Source: an uncultured Rhabdochlamydiaceae bacterium (GTDB lineage Bacteria; Chlamydiota; Chlamydiia; Chlamydiales; Rhabdochlamydiaceae). Taken from it: 64,000 bases of DNA. A model generated the notes under the pieces. It was not told the DNA's origin and made no database searches. It worked only from the letters and a program-made list of their open reading frames with translations. This document shows, in pieces, positions 7,849-17,166 of this stretch. A program made the position numbers and the translations under genes. The first letter of the stretch is position 1. Each line of letters starts with the position of its first letter. The DNA lies in the NCBI GenBank assembly GCA_963736155.1, contig CAVTNO010000002.1:18525-82524 (forward strand). The letters are read 5' to 3'.

Positions 7849-8508
7849 TTACTTTAAACACTCCGGCGTACAGTTATCTTTCAAGTAACGAATATCAGGT
7901 AGCTGGCGGAAGTGTTCACTACAGTCTAACCCGTAGCCGACGATGAAATAATTCGGGATTTCGAAAAGCACATATTCAGGATAGTAGGTCGTTTTTCGTG
8001 CAACCTCTTTGACTACCGCAACCATGCTTCTTAAGCTTCCTGGTTTGAGCTGCTGAAAACGTTCTACGACGGCTGCCATAGTAGCTCCTGAATCAAAAGC
8101 ATCATCGACAAGCAGGACGTCCTTACCTTCGATTTCGATTAACTCAATTCCTCTGATAACCAGCTCCCCCCTATTTGTTCCATTTTTTCCATAGCTGCTG
8201 GTGCTAATACACTCAAGAGTGCAAGGGACATTGAGCTGACCGAGCTCGCGCATAAGATCGGCTGTGACCGTAATGGCGCCTTTCATAATTGCGACAATTG
8301 TAATTATTTTTCCTTCGTAATCACCTTTTATTTGCTTCGCAGTTATTTTCATCCTCTCCGCTATTTGCTCGGACGAAATGAGCGGTACTAAAGCAACCTT
8401 TGCTAAATCCGCAGCTGTAACCGCAGGCTTTGCTGCAGGTTTGTTTGATCCCTCTAAAACTGTCACTGCAGGCTCTAATAGAGTTGTACTTGCTGCAACT
8501 TTTAACAT
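7849..8508 (-). CDS. hpt: hypoxanthine(-guanine) phosphoribosyltransferase
   Basis: 219-aa ORF with the PRPP-binding motif KDVLLVDDAFDSGATM and FIVGYGLDCSEHFRQLP. The first ~45 aa are an Ala/Pro-rich extension, so the true start may be internal. Confidence 0.85.
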   Translation of the reverse strand: MLKVAASTTLLEPAVTVLEGSNKPAAKPAVTAADLAKVALVPLISSEQIAERMKITAKQIKGDYEGKIITIVAIMKGAITVTADLMRELGQLNVPCTLECISTSSYGKNGTNRGELVIRGIELIEIEGKDVLLVDDAFDSGATMAAVVERFQQLKPGSLRSMVAVVKEVARKTTYYPEYVLFEIPNYFIVGYGLDCSEHFRQLPDIRYLKDNCTPECLK

Positions 8509-8641
8509 AGTGTCTACTCCTGATTTATATGCGTTTTTCTCGAAAAAAGGGCCATCTTAGAAAGTGCATTAATATTTTACAAGACTAAAGAGGGAATTGC
8601 AAAACTCGCTTTGGAGGCCAAATCGGGGTTTTCAATTCCCT

Positions 8642-9037
8642 CTAATATCCGAAGGCGACTTTGCCGCCATATTCCGCTGTGATGGAAATGAGTACGACGG
8701 TGATTCCGCTTAATAGAACGAGGAGATATTTAGGGCCCATTTTCTTCTTTCTGAGAAGATAGAGCCGGTAGAGCGCATAGAAAAAGGCAAACGTGAAGGT
8801 CGTGAGCGCCCAGTTTCTGTGGATGAGAACAAAGGGATTGTTCAGATGATGCTGCAGAGCAATCAACCCTGTGATCACGGTTGGAACGGCCGCGGCTGCG
8901 GCAATGATCACAAACCAGTGGGCTGCAGGATATGATTTGACCTTGAAGAAAGCTCCCAGCGCGTCATAGATGAACGCCGTCCAAAAAAGGACGATGGGGA
9001 AGTGGAGAATCACGACATGGTACTGACCTATATCCAT
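8642..9037 (-). CDS. small integral membrane protein (DUF2231-like)
   Basis: 131 aa with four hydrophobic helices and an N-terminal VILHFPIVLF motif. Confidence 0.55.
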   Translation of the reverse strand: MDIGQYHVVILHFPIVLFWTAFIYDALGAFFKVKSYPAAHWFVIIAAAAAVPTVITGLIALQHHLNNPFVLIHRNWALTTFTFAFFYALYRLYLLRKKKMGPKYLLVLLSGITVVLISITAEYGGKVAFGY

Positions 9038-9107
9038 ATTTCTTTCTATTGAGGATGTTCATATAAAAAACAATTACTTTTTCATGCGCCTTTAGTATAG
9101 TAACCTA

Positions 9108-11231
9108 GTGGAAGAGATTTTTGGCTACGTCGAGAATGTGGTTTTTGCGGGAGAGAGCTTTACGGTCGCTCGCCTGAAGGAGCCGCGCAAACAGGATCTG
9201 ACCTGCATCGTAGGACCGCTGCCTACGCTCCAGCCGGGCGAGACGATCCGCTGCGTCGGCGAGTGGAAACACCACGCGCAGTACGGCCGGCAATTCGTTG
9301 TCGAGACGTTTGAGTCCAAAGAGCCGTCGGATCTTGTCGGCATCCAAAAATATTTAGAATCGGGAATGATCAAAGGGATCGGCCCCACCTACGCCGAACG
9401 GATCGTCAAGCAATTCGGTATTAATACGCTTAAAATTATCGATGAAGCGCCGGGCAGACTCCGGGAAGTCGAGGGCATCGGAGATAAACGGATCGAGATG
9501 ATCCAAATCTGCTGGCATGAGCAAAAAGCGATCCGCGAGGTGATGATCTTCCTGCAATCGCACGGCATCTCTCCGGGCTTTGCCCAAAAAATCTACAAAG
9601 CTTACGGCGACAGGAGCATTGAGAAAGTTAAACAAGATCCGTACATTTTGGCTAAAGACATCCGCGGCATTGGTTTTAAATTTGCCGATCAAATCGCGAT
9701 TAAAATGGGGATTCCTGCCCACTCTATGACCCGCATTCGGGCCGGCATCGAGTTCGTGCTGTGGGAGCTGTCCAACGACGGCCATACCTGCTACCCAAGG
9801 GAAGAGCTGGAGGCGCATGCAGCAGCGATGCTGATGGTTGATGAGCTCGAAGTGCGCGAGGGGCTTAAACGAAGCCTGGATGAAGGCGATGTGATTGAAG
9901 ACGTAGGATTCATTTCACTCAAACCGTTTTTTTTAGCCGAGCGCGGCATCTCCTTTCAGCTGAAGCGGCTCACAGAGTCCCCTTCCAGCCTCCGGTCCGT
10001 CCATCTTGAAAAGGCCGTCCAGTGGGCCGAAGAAAAACTAAAAATCTCGTTCGCCGAAGAGCAAAAAAAAGCGATCGCACAGTCGGTTCAGGAAAAAGTG
10101 CATATCATCACCGGCGGCCCCGGAACCGGCAAAAGCACGATTACACGAGCCATACTCCGCATCAGCGAAAAACTCACCGACCAAATTTTACTGGCAGCGC
10201 CGACAGGCCGGGCTGCTAAACGGATGACGGAGATCACCGGCAAAAAAGCATCGACGATCCACAGCCTTCTTGAAATGGACTTTCAGTCGGGCGGCTTTAA
10301 GAAAAATCAAGACAATCCCCTCAAATGCGATCTGCTGATTATCGATGAGACCAGCATGGTCGACACGTTCCTGCTTTTCCAGCTCTTCAAAGCCATCCCG
10401 ACCTCGACGAGGGTGATCCTCATCGGCGATGTCGATCAGCTGCCCAGCGTGGGCGCAGGCAACGTTTTAAAGGATCTCATCGACTCGGGCAGAGTCGGCG
10501 TCACCCGGCTGACACAAATCTTTAGACAGGCGGCCCACTCGAAAATCGTCACCAATGCCCACCTCATCAACCAGGGCGAGTTCCCCGAGCTCTCCAATAA
10601 CTCAGATTTCCGCTTTATCGAAGGTGAAACTCCCGAAAAGATCGTAGAGACGATCGTGGAGCTCATCAGAGATACGCTCCCCTCAAAAACTCGCCTGCAC
10701 CGGTTTGACGACATCCAGGTGCTCTCCCCCATGAAACGGGGCGTGATCGGCACCGAAAACCTCAACGTCGTCCTGCAAAAAGTGCTCAACCCCAGCATCA
10801 CTCCCCTCTGCCGCATGGGCAGGACATTTCATGTCGGCGACAAAGTGATGCAGATCCGTAATGATTATGAAAAGCTCGTCTTCAACGGCGACGTGGGGCG
10901 GATTTTATCGATTGATCTTTCCGGCCAGATGCTGGCCGTCAGTTTTGATGATAAGCGCGTCGAATACCAATTCTCGGAGATCGATGATCTCGTCCTCGCC
11001 TATGCCGTCTCGATCCACAAATACCAAGGCAGCGAGTGCCCCTGCGTGATCATCCCGATCCACATGAGCCATTTCAAGATGCTCCATCGCAACCTGCTCT
11101 ACACCGGCATCACCCGCGGCAAGCGGCTTGTCATCCTCGTCGGCACCAAACAGGCTATCGGCCTTGCGGTGCGCAACGACGACGTCAAAAAGCGGTTCAC
11201 CCGCCTCAAAGAGCAGCTGATGAGTTTTTAA
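9108..11231 (+). CDS. recD2: RecD2-type SF1 ATP-dependent DNA helicase
   Basis: 707 aa with a GTG start. Motifs: Walker A ITGGPGTGKST, LLAAPTGRAAKRM, IIDETSMVD, IGDVDQLPSVGAGNV, SIHKYQGSE and YTGITRGK. Confidence 0.85.
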   Translation: MEEIFGYVENVVFAGESFTVARLKEPRKQDLTCIVGPLPTLQPGETIRCVGEWKHHAQYGRQFVVETFESKEPSDLVGIQKYLESGMIKGIGPTYAERIVKQFGINTLKIIDEAPGRLREVEGIGDKRIEMIQICWHEQKAIREVMIFLQSHGISPGFAQKIYKAYGDRSIEKVKQDPYILAKDIRGIGFKFADQIAIKMGIPAHSMTRIRAGIEFVLWELSNDGHTCYPREELEAHAAAMLMVDELEVREGLKRSLDEGDVIEDVGFISLKPFFLAERGISFQLKRLTESPSSLRSVHLEKAVQWAEEKLKISFAEEQKKAIAQSVQEKVHIITGGPGTGKSTITRAILRISEKLTDQILLAAPTGRAAKRMTEITGKKASTIHSLLEMDFQSGGFKKNQDNPLKCDLLIIDETSMVDTFLLFQLFKAIPTSTRVILIGDVDQLPSVGAGNVLKDLIDSGRVGVTRLTQIFRQAAHSKIVTNAHLINQGEFPELSNNSDFRFIEGETPEKIVETIVELIRDTLPSKTRLHRFDDIQVLSPMKRGVIGTENLNVVLQKVLNPSITPLCRMGRTFHVGDKVMQIRNDYEKLVFNGDVGRILSIDLSGQMLAVSFDDKRVEYQFSEIDDLVLAYAVSIHKYQGSECPCVIIPIHMSHFKMLHRNLLYTGITRGKRLVILVGTKQAIGLAVRNDDVKKRFTRLKEQLMSF

Positions 11232-12895
11232 GCGTCTTCTGAAGTTTTTCTTCCTCGGCTGCGATCTGGGTGTCTTCCACGCGCTTGAAGAGCACTTCAG
11301 GTTTGGGTAGTTTTTGCTGCGGCAGCTTCATCATCACCACTTCATCCCAGAGTTGATTGTCCAGGGATGTTGTTTGCCCAAGCATGTGCCAGAGTTTTTG
11401 GGCGGCTTCGGGGATGATGGGAAGGGAAACAAGGGCCATGCATTTCAGGCACTCGAGGACGGTGGCAAGAACTTTTTCCATTTGAGGACGGGTGTCGGGA
11501 GATTTTGCAAGCGCCCATGGTTTGTGGCTGTCAAAGTAGACGTTGCCAAGCTGGGCGATCTCCATGAGATGCGCTGAGGCTTTACGCAGTTGGAAGTGCT
11601 GATAGGCGTCCCGCGCCTTCTTCAACTTTGGCATGCAGCTCTTCAACGAAGGCGGCATCGGGGTGCGCCGCGGGAGACTCCCCTCCGCACTGATTTTGGA
11701 TGAAGACAAGAAGCCTGTTGGCGAGGTTGCCGTATTTGCCGAGAAGCTCGGAGTTGCACCGGTTTTGGAAATCTCTCCAGGTAAATTCAGAATCTTGGTT
11801 TTCAGGAGCATTTGCGGCAAGCGTGTAACGGATCTGATCGGCAGTGAAATGGGTGAAGAACTCGGCGAGATCAAGGGTCCAGCCGTCGGATTTGCTGAAT
11901 TGCCGCCCTTCGAGATTTAGAAATTCGTTGGCAGGCAGATGGTCTACTTTGACATAGGGTACATTTTGCCCCATGACCATGGCCGGGAAGAAGACGGCGT
12001 GGAAAGGGATGTTGTCTTTTCCAATAAATTGCACATAGGTGGTATCAGGGCCCAGCCAGTACGGCTTCCAGGCGTCGGGAGTGCCTTTCAGCTCGGCCCA
12101 CTCTTTGGTTGCAGAGATATAGCCGATGGGAGCATCGAACCAGACATAGAGGACTTTCCCTTCGGTGCCCGGCAGCGGAATCGGTACGCCCCACTCGCCG
12201 TCGCGGGTGATGGCTCTTGGTTTTAAGTCGTCGGTGTACGATTTGGCAAAGTTGAGGACATTGGGCTTCCAGGGCTTTGTGGACAGAAAGCTTGCTAGCT
12301 GCTCTTTAAACTTGTCGAAGAGGAGGAACCAGTGTTTGGTCGCTTTGAGGATGAGAGGAGCGTTGGTGAGCTTGGAACGAGGATTTTTGAGGTCGGTGGC
12401 CTCGTAGCTGGCGCCGCAGCGGGGGCATTCGTCGCCACGTGCATTTTCAAAGCCGCATTTGGGGCAGGTGCCGGTTACATACCGGTCGGCTAAAAAACGG
12501 TTGTCTTGCGGTGAGAACAGTTGCTCGGTGACTTTGGCTTCGATGTAGCCGTTATTTAATAAGTCGGTAAAGAATTGCTGGACGGTTGGTACGTGCCCCG
12601 GCCATGTCGTGCGGGAAAAATGATCAAACGAGAAGTGAAGTTGATGAAAAAGATCTTTGTTGACGGCATGGAAATGATCGACATGCTCTTTGGGGGTGCG
12701 CCCCGCCATCTCGGCGCTTAGGGTGATGGCCACGCCGTATTCATCGGATCCGCAGATATAGAGCACATCGCTGCCTTGAAGCCTTTCAAACCTGGCGTAG
12801 CAATCGGCAGGAAGATACGCTCCTGCAATATGCCCAAAATGGAGTTGTCCATTGGCATAAGGAAGAGCGGATGTGATCAGTATTTTTTTAGGCAT
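11206..12895 (-). pseudogene. metG: methionine--tRNA ligase, split by one frameshift as sequenced (near 11605-11625)
   Basis: ORF 11582-12895 carries PYANGQLHFGHIAG, the zinc knuckles CPKCG/CPRCG and RQFSKSDG. The anticodon-binding domain (ARDAYQHFQLRKASAHLMEIAQLGNVYFDSHKPW...) continues in the frame of ORF 11206-11874. Confidence 0.85.
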
Positions 12896-13125
12896 TATGA
12901 GACATCAGCGTCTTCTTCTTGATCGGCTTTGTCCAGAAGAGCTAAGTTCTCAGGTGTGTAAAGAGATGGGTTGCGTTGGATTTCTTTTAAGAGGTAAGGA
13001 ACGTCCACTTCATGGCCGGACTTGACGAGATAGCGGGCCACGTTGATGGCAAACTGTGCCAGCTCAAAGTTGTCGTGGAAGTGTTTCTTAAGAGCTTCGT
13101 TGGTCAGTTGATCTTTTTGTAACAT
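12895..13125 (-). CDS. small conserved protein in the gmk-metG gap; possibly a divergent RNA polymerase omega subunit
   Basis: 76 aa at the position of rpoZ (downstream of gmk). It has a weak NFELAQFAINVARYL resemblance to the omega core, and its stop overlaps the metG ATG (TAATG). Confidence 0.35.
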   Translation of the reverse strand: MLQKDQLTNEALKKHFHDNFELAQFAINVARYLVKSGHEVDVPYLLKEIQRNPSLYTPENLALLDKADQEEDADVS

Positions 13126-13134
13126 TTAAGTCTC

Positions 13135-13686
13135 CTAGACGATTAATTTTTTTAAAGCTTGATACGCCGAGGCCAAATCGTCGTTTATAATATGATAATC
13201 ATAAAGCGAGATCATCTCAAGCTCATGTCGCGCCCAAGCGACTCTTTTTTCGATAACCTCGGGTGATTCGGTCCCTCTTTGCTGTAATCTTTTTTTGAGA
13301 ACCTCTAAAGAGGGGGGAGAAATGAAAATAAAAGTTGCATCGATAGACCCTTTAAGCTGCTGAGCACCTTGAGTGTCGATCACAAGAATGACGTTTTTTC
13401 CGGCCTTAAGCTCTTTTTCAACGAGGGATTTGGAGGTGCCGTAGTTAAATCCGAACACAGTGGCATGCTCTAGGAAGTCGCCTGCCTCGAGTTTTCTCTG
13501 GAATTCATCTTCCGTCAGGAAAAAGTAATCTTTCCCGTTTTTTTCACCCGGACGGGCCTTGCGCGTCGTGCAGGTGATGCTGCGGGTGACATTAGGAAAC
13601 TCTTCGGTAAGCATTTTGACGAGCGTCGTTTTGCCGGTTCCTGCAGGGGCGCTGATGATAAATAGATGACCGCGTTTCTTATTCAA
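13135..13686 (-). CDS. gmk: guanylate kinase
   Basis: 183 aa with P-loop ISAPAGTGKTTL and a typical GMP-binding region. Confidence 0.9.
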   Translation of the reverse strand: MNKKRGHLFIISAPAGTGKTTLVKMLTEEFPNVTRSITCTTRKARPGEKNGKDYFFLTEDEFQRKLEAGDFLEHATVFGFNYGTSKSLVEKELKAGKNVILVIDTQGAQQLKGSIDATFIFISPPSLEVLKKRLQQRGTESPEVIEKRVAWARHELEMISLYDYHIINDDLASAYQALKKLIV

Positions 13687-14533
13687 TGTTTTGAACCTGT
13701 TCCCGTATTTTTTCTACTTCGCTTTTAATTTTCACGGCCCTTTTTGCAATTTCGGAGGAGCCGGCTTTTGCCATAAGAGTTCCGATTTCACGACCCATCT
13801 CTTGAGCCAGAAAATCAAGCGTCCTTCCGACGCTTCTTTCAGACGATTTAATATAAAGCACCATCTGCTCCATGTGCGATTTAAGGCGTATCATCTCTTC
13901 GGTGACATCGTCTTTATCAGCTTGGAGGGCTGCTTCTTTCTTCAGCTGCTCGATATCAATGCTTAGTTTCAATTCTTCCACGCGCTCCGATAACTTCGCA
14001 AGATGTTCTTTGATGACTTTCGGGAGCTCTTTTTCAATTCCTTTCAATTCGATTGCAATGGTTTTTAAGCGGCTGTGAATATCTTGCGTCAGCGCTCTCC
14101 CCTCTTGTTCTTTCATGATAAGCCACGCTTTCGATGCTTTTTTCCACGCCTCTAAAATGTCTTTCTCAAACGCGGCCACATCCAATGTAGCTCCTTCGGG
14201 CGTGATTTGGCCAAGCAAAAACGGCAGGGTTATTTGAGTTTTCGGTAGACTGAGCTCACCGGCAATGGCTTCCCACCGCTCTTTCTCATTTTTTAGCTGC
14301 TCGACCAGATGAGAAACTTCCTTCAGCTCGCAGGCTACACGGATCGTTACATTACCGCGCTCGGCAATTTGGCCGACCCATTTGCGAATTGACGGATCGA
14401 GAAACAAAAGCGAGTGCGGCAAATGAAGATGGATATCGAGTCCTTTCCGGTTGACGGAGGATATTTCAAACGTCCAGCGCGCTTTTTTTGTTTGCACAGC
14501 CGCACGGCCATACGCCGTCATGCTTTTTCTCAT
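13679..14533 (-). CDS. yicC: YicC-family stress-induced protein
   Basis: 284 aa with N-terminal SMTAYGRA and C-terminal VKIKSEVEKIREQVQNIE, the typical YicC N- and C-domains. Confidence 0.75.
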   Translation of the reverse strand: MRKSMTAYGRAAVQTKKARWTFEISSVNRKGLDIHLHLPHSLLFLDPSIRKWVGQIAERGNVTIRVACELKEVSHLVEQLKNEKERWEAIAGELSLPKTQITLPFLLGQITPEGATLDVAAFEKDILEAWKKASKAWLIMKEQEGRALTQDIHSRLKTIAIELKGIEKELPKVIKEHLAKLSERVEELKLSIDIEQLKKEAALQADKDDVTEEMIRLKSHMEQMVLYIKSSERSVGRTLDFLAQEMGREIGTLMAKAGSSEIAKRAVKIKSEVEKIREQVQNIE

Positions 14534-15033
14534 CCTTTATCCCCTTCACTTGAATTTTTTCGAGCAGCGATTTCTCTTTTAAAATCACCGATACACTCTG
14601 ACAAAGCCGCTTTGACGCCGCGGTGACTTTTATCCCAGATCACTGTGACTCCGTCAGGAATCTCTTGGATTTCTTGAGGCTTTGCAGCCGTAAATAAAAA
14701 CACCCGCGCTTTAGGATTCTTAAGTAAAAGTTGTATGCAAAGTACGGTCCCTAGCATTCCGTTATCTAAGTTATAATCAATCACCGCAAAGTGGATCCGT
14801 GGCAGTTCTTCTATCAACTTTTTTCCCTCAGCAAACGTCGCAGTCAAAAAAACATCATAAGAAATACCTGAAGCCTTAAGCATGTCATGAAAATATCTTT
14901 CAAAACTTCCAATGGATGCTGGGGCGTCGTCAATACCCACACTAATAAAACGAGAGCCCGGCTCTGGGGATTTTCGCAGAGAGTGAGGCGATTCGTTAAA
15001 GGAAAGAGAACTTAAACTTGGTACACGCATCAT
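14530..15033 (-). CDS. stand-alone CheY-like receiver-domain protein
   Basis: 167 aa showing the receiver pattern GIDDAP ... FAVIDYNLDNGMLG ... VFLFTAAKP ... WDKS. There is no output domain. Confidence 0.5.
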   Translation of the reverse strand: MMRVPSLSSLSFNESPHSLRKSPEPGSRFISVGIDDAPASIGSFERYFHDMLKASGISYDVFLTATFAEGKKLIEELPRIHFAVIDYNLDNGMLGTVLCIQLLLKNPKARVFLFTAAKPQEIQEIPDGVTVIWDKSHRGVKAALSECIGDFKREIAARKNSSEGDKG

Positions 15034-15713
15034 AAAGGTTTCTTATTACTTTGTATTACAGGTTTAAACGATTGTCTGTGCAAGGAGCAGGGGCCCCATT
15101 TTTCGAGCGCCGCCAAGTGCTGCGGTGTTGGGTACCCTTTGTGCGATGCAAAACCGTAGTCCGGGTACTCCTTATCATATTCGACCATTTGTCGATCGCG
15201 GGTGACTTTGGCAATGATGGCCGCAGCCATGATGGACTGGGAAAGGCTATCCCCTTGCACGATTGCTTCGCAGGGGATCTGGATGGGAGGTTTTTTATTG
15301 CCGTCTACTAAAACGAAATCGGGCTGCTGCTTTAAAATAGCAATGGCAGCAGCCATCGCCTGCAGAGTGGCCTGAAGAATGTTGATCTGATCGATGATAA
15401 AAGCTTCAACCACTCCGATGCCGTAGTGCACATCCGGGTCAGTGGTAAGGCGATGAAACATCTCTTCCCGCTGCTCGGGCGAGAGACGCTTGCTGTCATC
15501 AATGTGATCGATAAAAAAATCTTGAGGAAGAATGCATGCTGCAGCGACGACAGGGCCCGCCAAGGGGCCTCTACCTGCTTCATCGACGCCTGCAACATGA
15601 GAAAATCCTTGAGACCTCGCCGCTTTTTCAAGCCGTGTGATCTCAAGGAATCTTCGAAGTTTAGCTCGTGGAACTTTCCGCTCCTGCGGACACAACATGC
15701 TCTTCTCTTGCAT
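15030..15713 (-). CDS. rnhB: ribonuclease HII
   Basis: Contains the motif [21 protein letters not shown]. The track ORF extends to 15926 but overlaps rplS out of frame. I place the start at the ATG at 15713 (or 15698). Confidence 0.8.
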   Translation of the reverse strand: MQEKSMLCPQERKVPRAKLRRFLEITRLEKAARSQGFSHVAGVDEAGRGPLAGPVVAAACILPQDFFIDHIDDSKRLSPEQREEMFHRLTTDPDVHYGIGVVEAFIIDQINILQATLQAMAAAIAILKQQPDFVLVDGNKKPPIQIPCEAIVQGDSLSQSIMAAAIIAKVTRDRQMVEYDKEYPDYGFASHKGYPTPQHLAALEKWGPCSLHRQSFKPVIQSNKKPL

Positions 15714-16074
15714 CTTCTCCGGTGCCGATTTGCTCTTTAATCTTAGCTGCTTTTCCGGAAGCGCCTCTGATGTAATAAAGTTTCGATTTACGAACTTTAC
15801 CGCTCTTGACAACTTCGACTTTAGCAACACGCGGGCTGTGAAGGAGGAATACTCTCTCCATGCCTGCGCCGTATGACACTCTGTAGAGCGCAATCGTCTC
15901 GGAAAGGCCGCTGCCGCGACGGGCAATGACGGTTCCGGTAAACATCTGAATACGCTCTTTCTCGCCCTCTACGACTTTCGTATGGACTGTGAGAGTATCT
16001 CCAATGCGAAACGCCGGGAGATCAGTTTTGAGAAACTCGTTCTCAAGCTCCTGCATCACTTTATTCTGCTTCAT
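15661..16074 (-). CDS. rplS: 50S ribosomal protein L19
   Basis: [31 protein letters not shown]... is typical L19. The ATG at 16074 overlaps the trmD stop (ATGA). Confidence 0.9.
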   Translation of the reverse strand: MKQNKVMQELENEFLKTDLPAFRIGDTLTVHTKVVEGEKERIQMFTGTVIARRGSGLSETIALYRVSYGAGMERVFLLHSPRVAKVEVVKSGKVRKSKLYYIRGASGKAAKIKEQIGTGEDAREEHVVSAGAESSTS

Positions 16075-16754
16075 TTTATAGCTCCTTTTTCTTTTAATTC
16101 TGGTCTGACACGACGCGTTTTTTCGCGGGCTGTCTCTTTTCTCCACTTGGCAATCTTCTCATGGTGGCCGGTCTTTAACACTTCCGGTATCACCAGCCCT
16201 TCAAACACTTCAGGCCGCGTGTAGTGCGGCGCATCAAAAATGCCATCCTGAAACGAGTCTTGCCAAGGCGCATCTTCATGTCCTAAAACTCCGGGGATAA
16301 AACGGACGGCGGCATCCAGTAGTACGATCGCGGCCAAACATCCGTTCGTCAGCACATAATCCCCTATGCTGATCTCTTCGTGCACTTCTTTCTGAAGGAC
16401 TCTCTCATCCACCCCTTCGTAGTGGCCGCAGAGCAATATCAAATGCTCTTTCTTTGCCAGCTCTTGGCACTTCGCAGCATCGAGCTTCTTCCCCTGCGGA
16501 GAAAGATAAACAACATAACTCCCTTCCTGCTTTACGCTGCGGATCGCATCGCAAACAGGCTCCGGCATGAGCACCATGCCGGGTCCTCCTCCGTAGGGGC
16601 GATCATCCACCTTCGCATGCTTGTTACTGGCAAACGATCGGATGTCGATGAGATTAATCTCCAATATCCCCTTTTCCCTAGCCTTCTTTATGATGCTGAC
16701 ATCAAAAGGGCCCTTGAAATAGTCCGGAAAGAGGGAGAGGATATCAACTTTCAT
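16071..16754 (-). CDS. trmD: tRNA (guanine37-N1)-methyltransferase
   Basis: 227 aa, [13 protein letters not shown]...[13 protein letters not shown]...[13 protein letters not shown]. Confidence 0.9.
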   Translation of the reverse strand: MKVDILSLFPDYFKGPFDVSIIKKAREKGILEINLIDIRSFASNKHAKVDDRPYGGGPGMVLMPEPVCDAIRSVKQEGSYVVYLSPQGKKLDAAKCQELAKKEHLILLCGHYEGVDERVLQKEVHEEISIGDYVLTNGCLAAIVLLDAAVRFIPGVLGHEDAPWQDSFQDGIFDAPHYTRPEVFEGLVIPEVLKTGHHEKIAKWRKETAREKTRRVRPELKEKGAIK

Positions 16755-17157
16755 CCTTCGTCTTTGCTTTTTTAGCGGCAGGAGCCCGTTTTTTCTTCGG
16801 AGCTTCCGGCGTCTCTTTTGGAGCCGCTTTCACTGCTGGCTTCTCTTTTTTCTTGCGGCGCACAGCTGCGAGCTTGACTCTTTTCGCATTACGCTTCTGT
16901 ACGAGCTCTCGGATCACATCAGGAGCTACGCCCTTGACGAGTTTTTCTGCGCTGTCAGATAAAATAGCGCCTTTACTCAGCCAGTAGCTCAGCCTCTCGG
17001 TATTAACCGTGATGTTGCTCTCTTTTTTGTGCGGATCATACGATCCCAATGTTTCAACATATTTTCCATCGCGCGGGTTTCTGATATCAGTCACCACGAG
17101 ACGAAATGTCTGCCGATTTTTGCGGCCTTGCTGCCGCATTCTAATTTTTACTGCCAT
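16744..17157 (-). CDS. rpsP: 30S ribosomal protein S16 with Lys/Ala-rich C-terminal tail
   Basis: MAVKIRMRQQGRKNRQTFRLVVTDIRNPRDGKYVETLGSYDP. Confidence 0.9.
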   Translation of the reverse strand: MAVKIRMRQQGRKNRQTFRLVVTDIRNPRDGKYVETLGSYDPHKKESNITVNTERLSYWLSKGAILSDSAEKLVKGVAPDVIRELVQKRNAKRVKLAAVRRKKKEKPAVKAAPKETPEAPKKKRAPAAKKAKTKDES

Positions 17158-17166
17158 TGTATACTC

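Noticed and set aside
15714-15926. N-terminal extension of the rnhB ORF, and the 16075-16146 extension of the rplS ORF
   Set aside because: Both extensions overlap the preceding conserved gene (rplS and trmD respectively) out of frame. Conserved protein sequence begins at internal ATGs.
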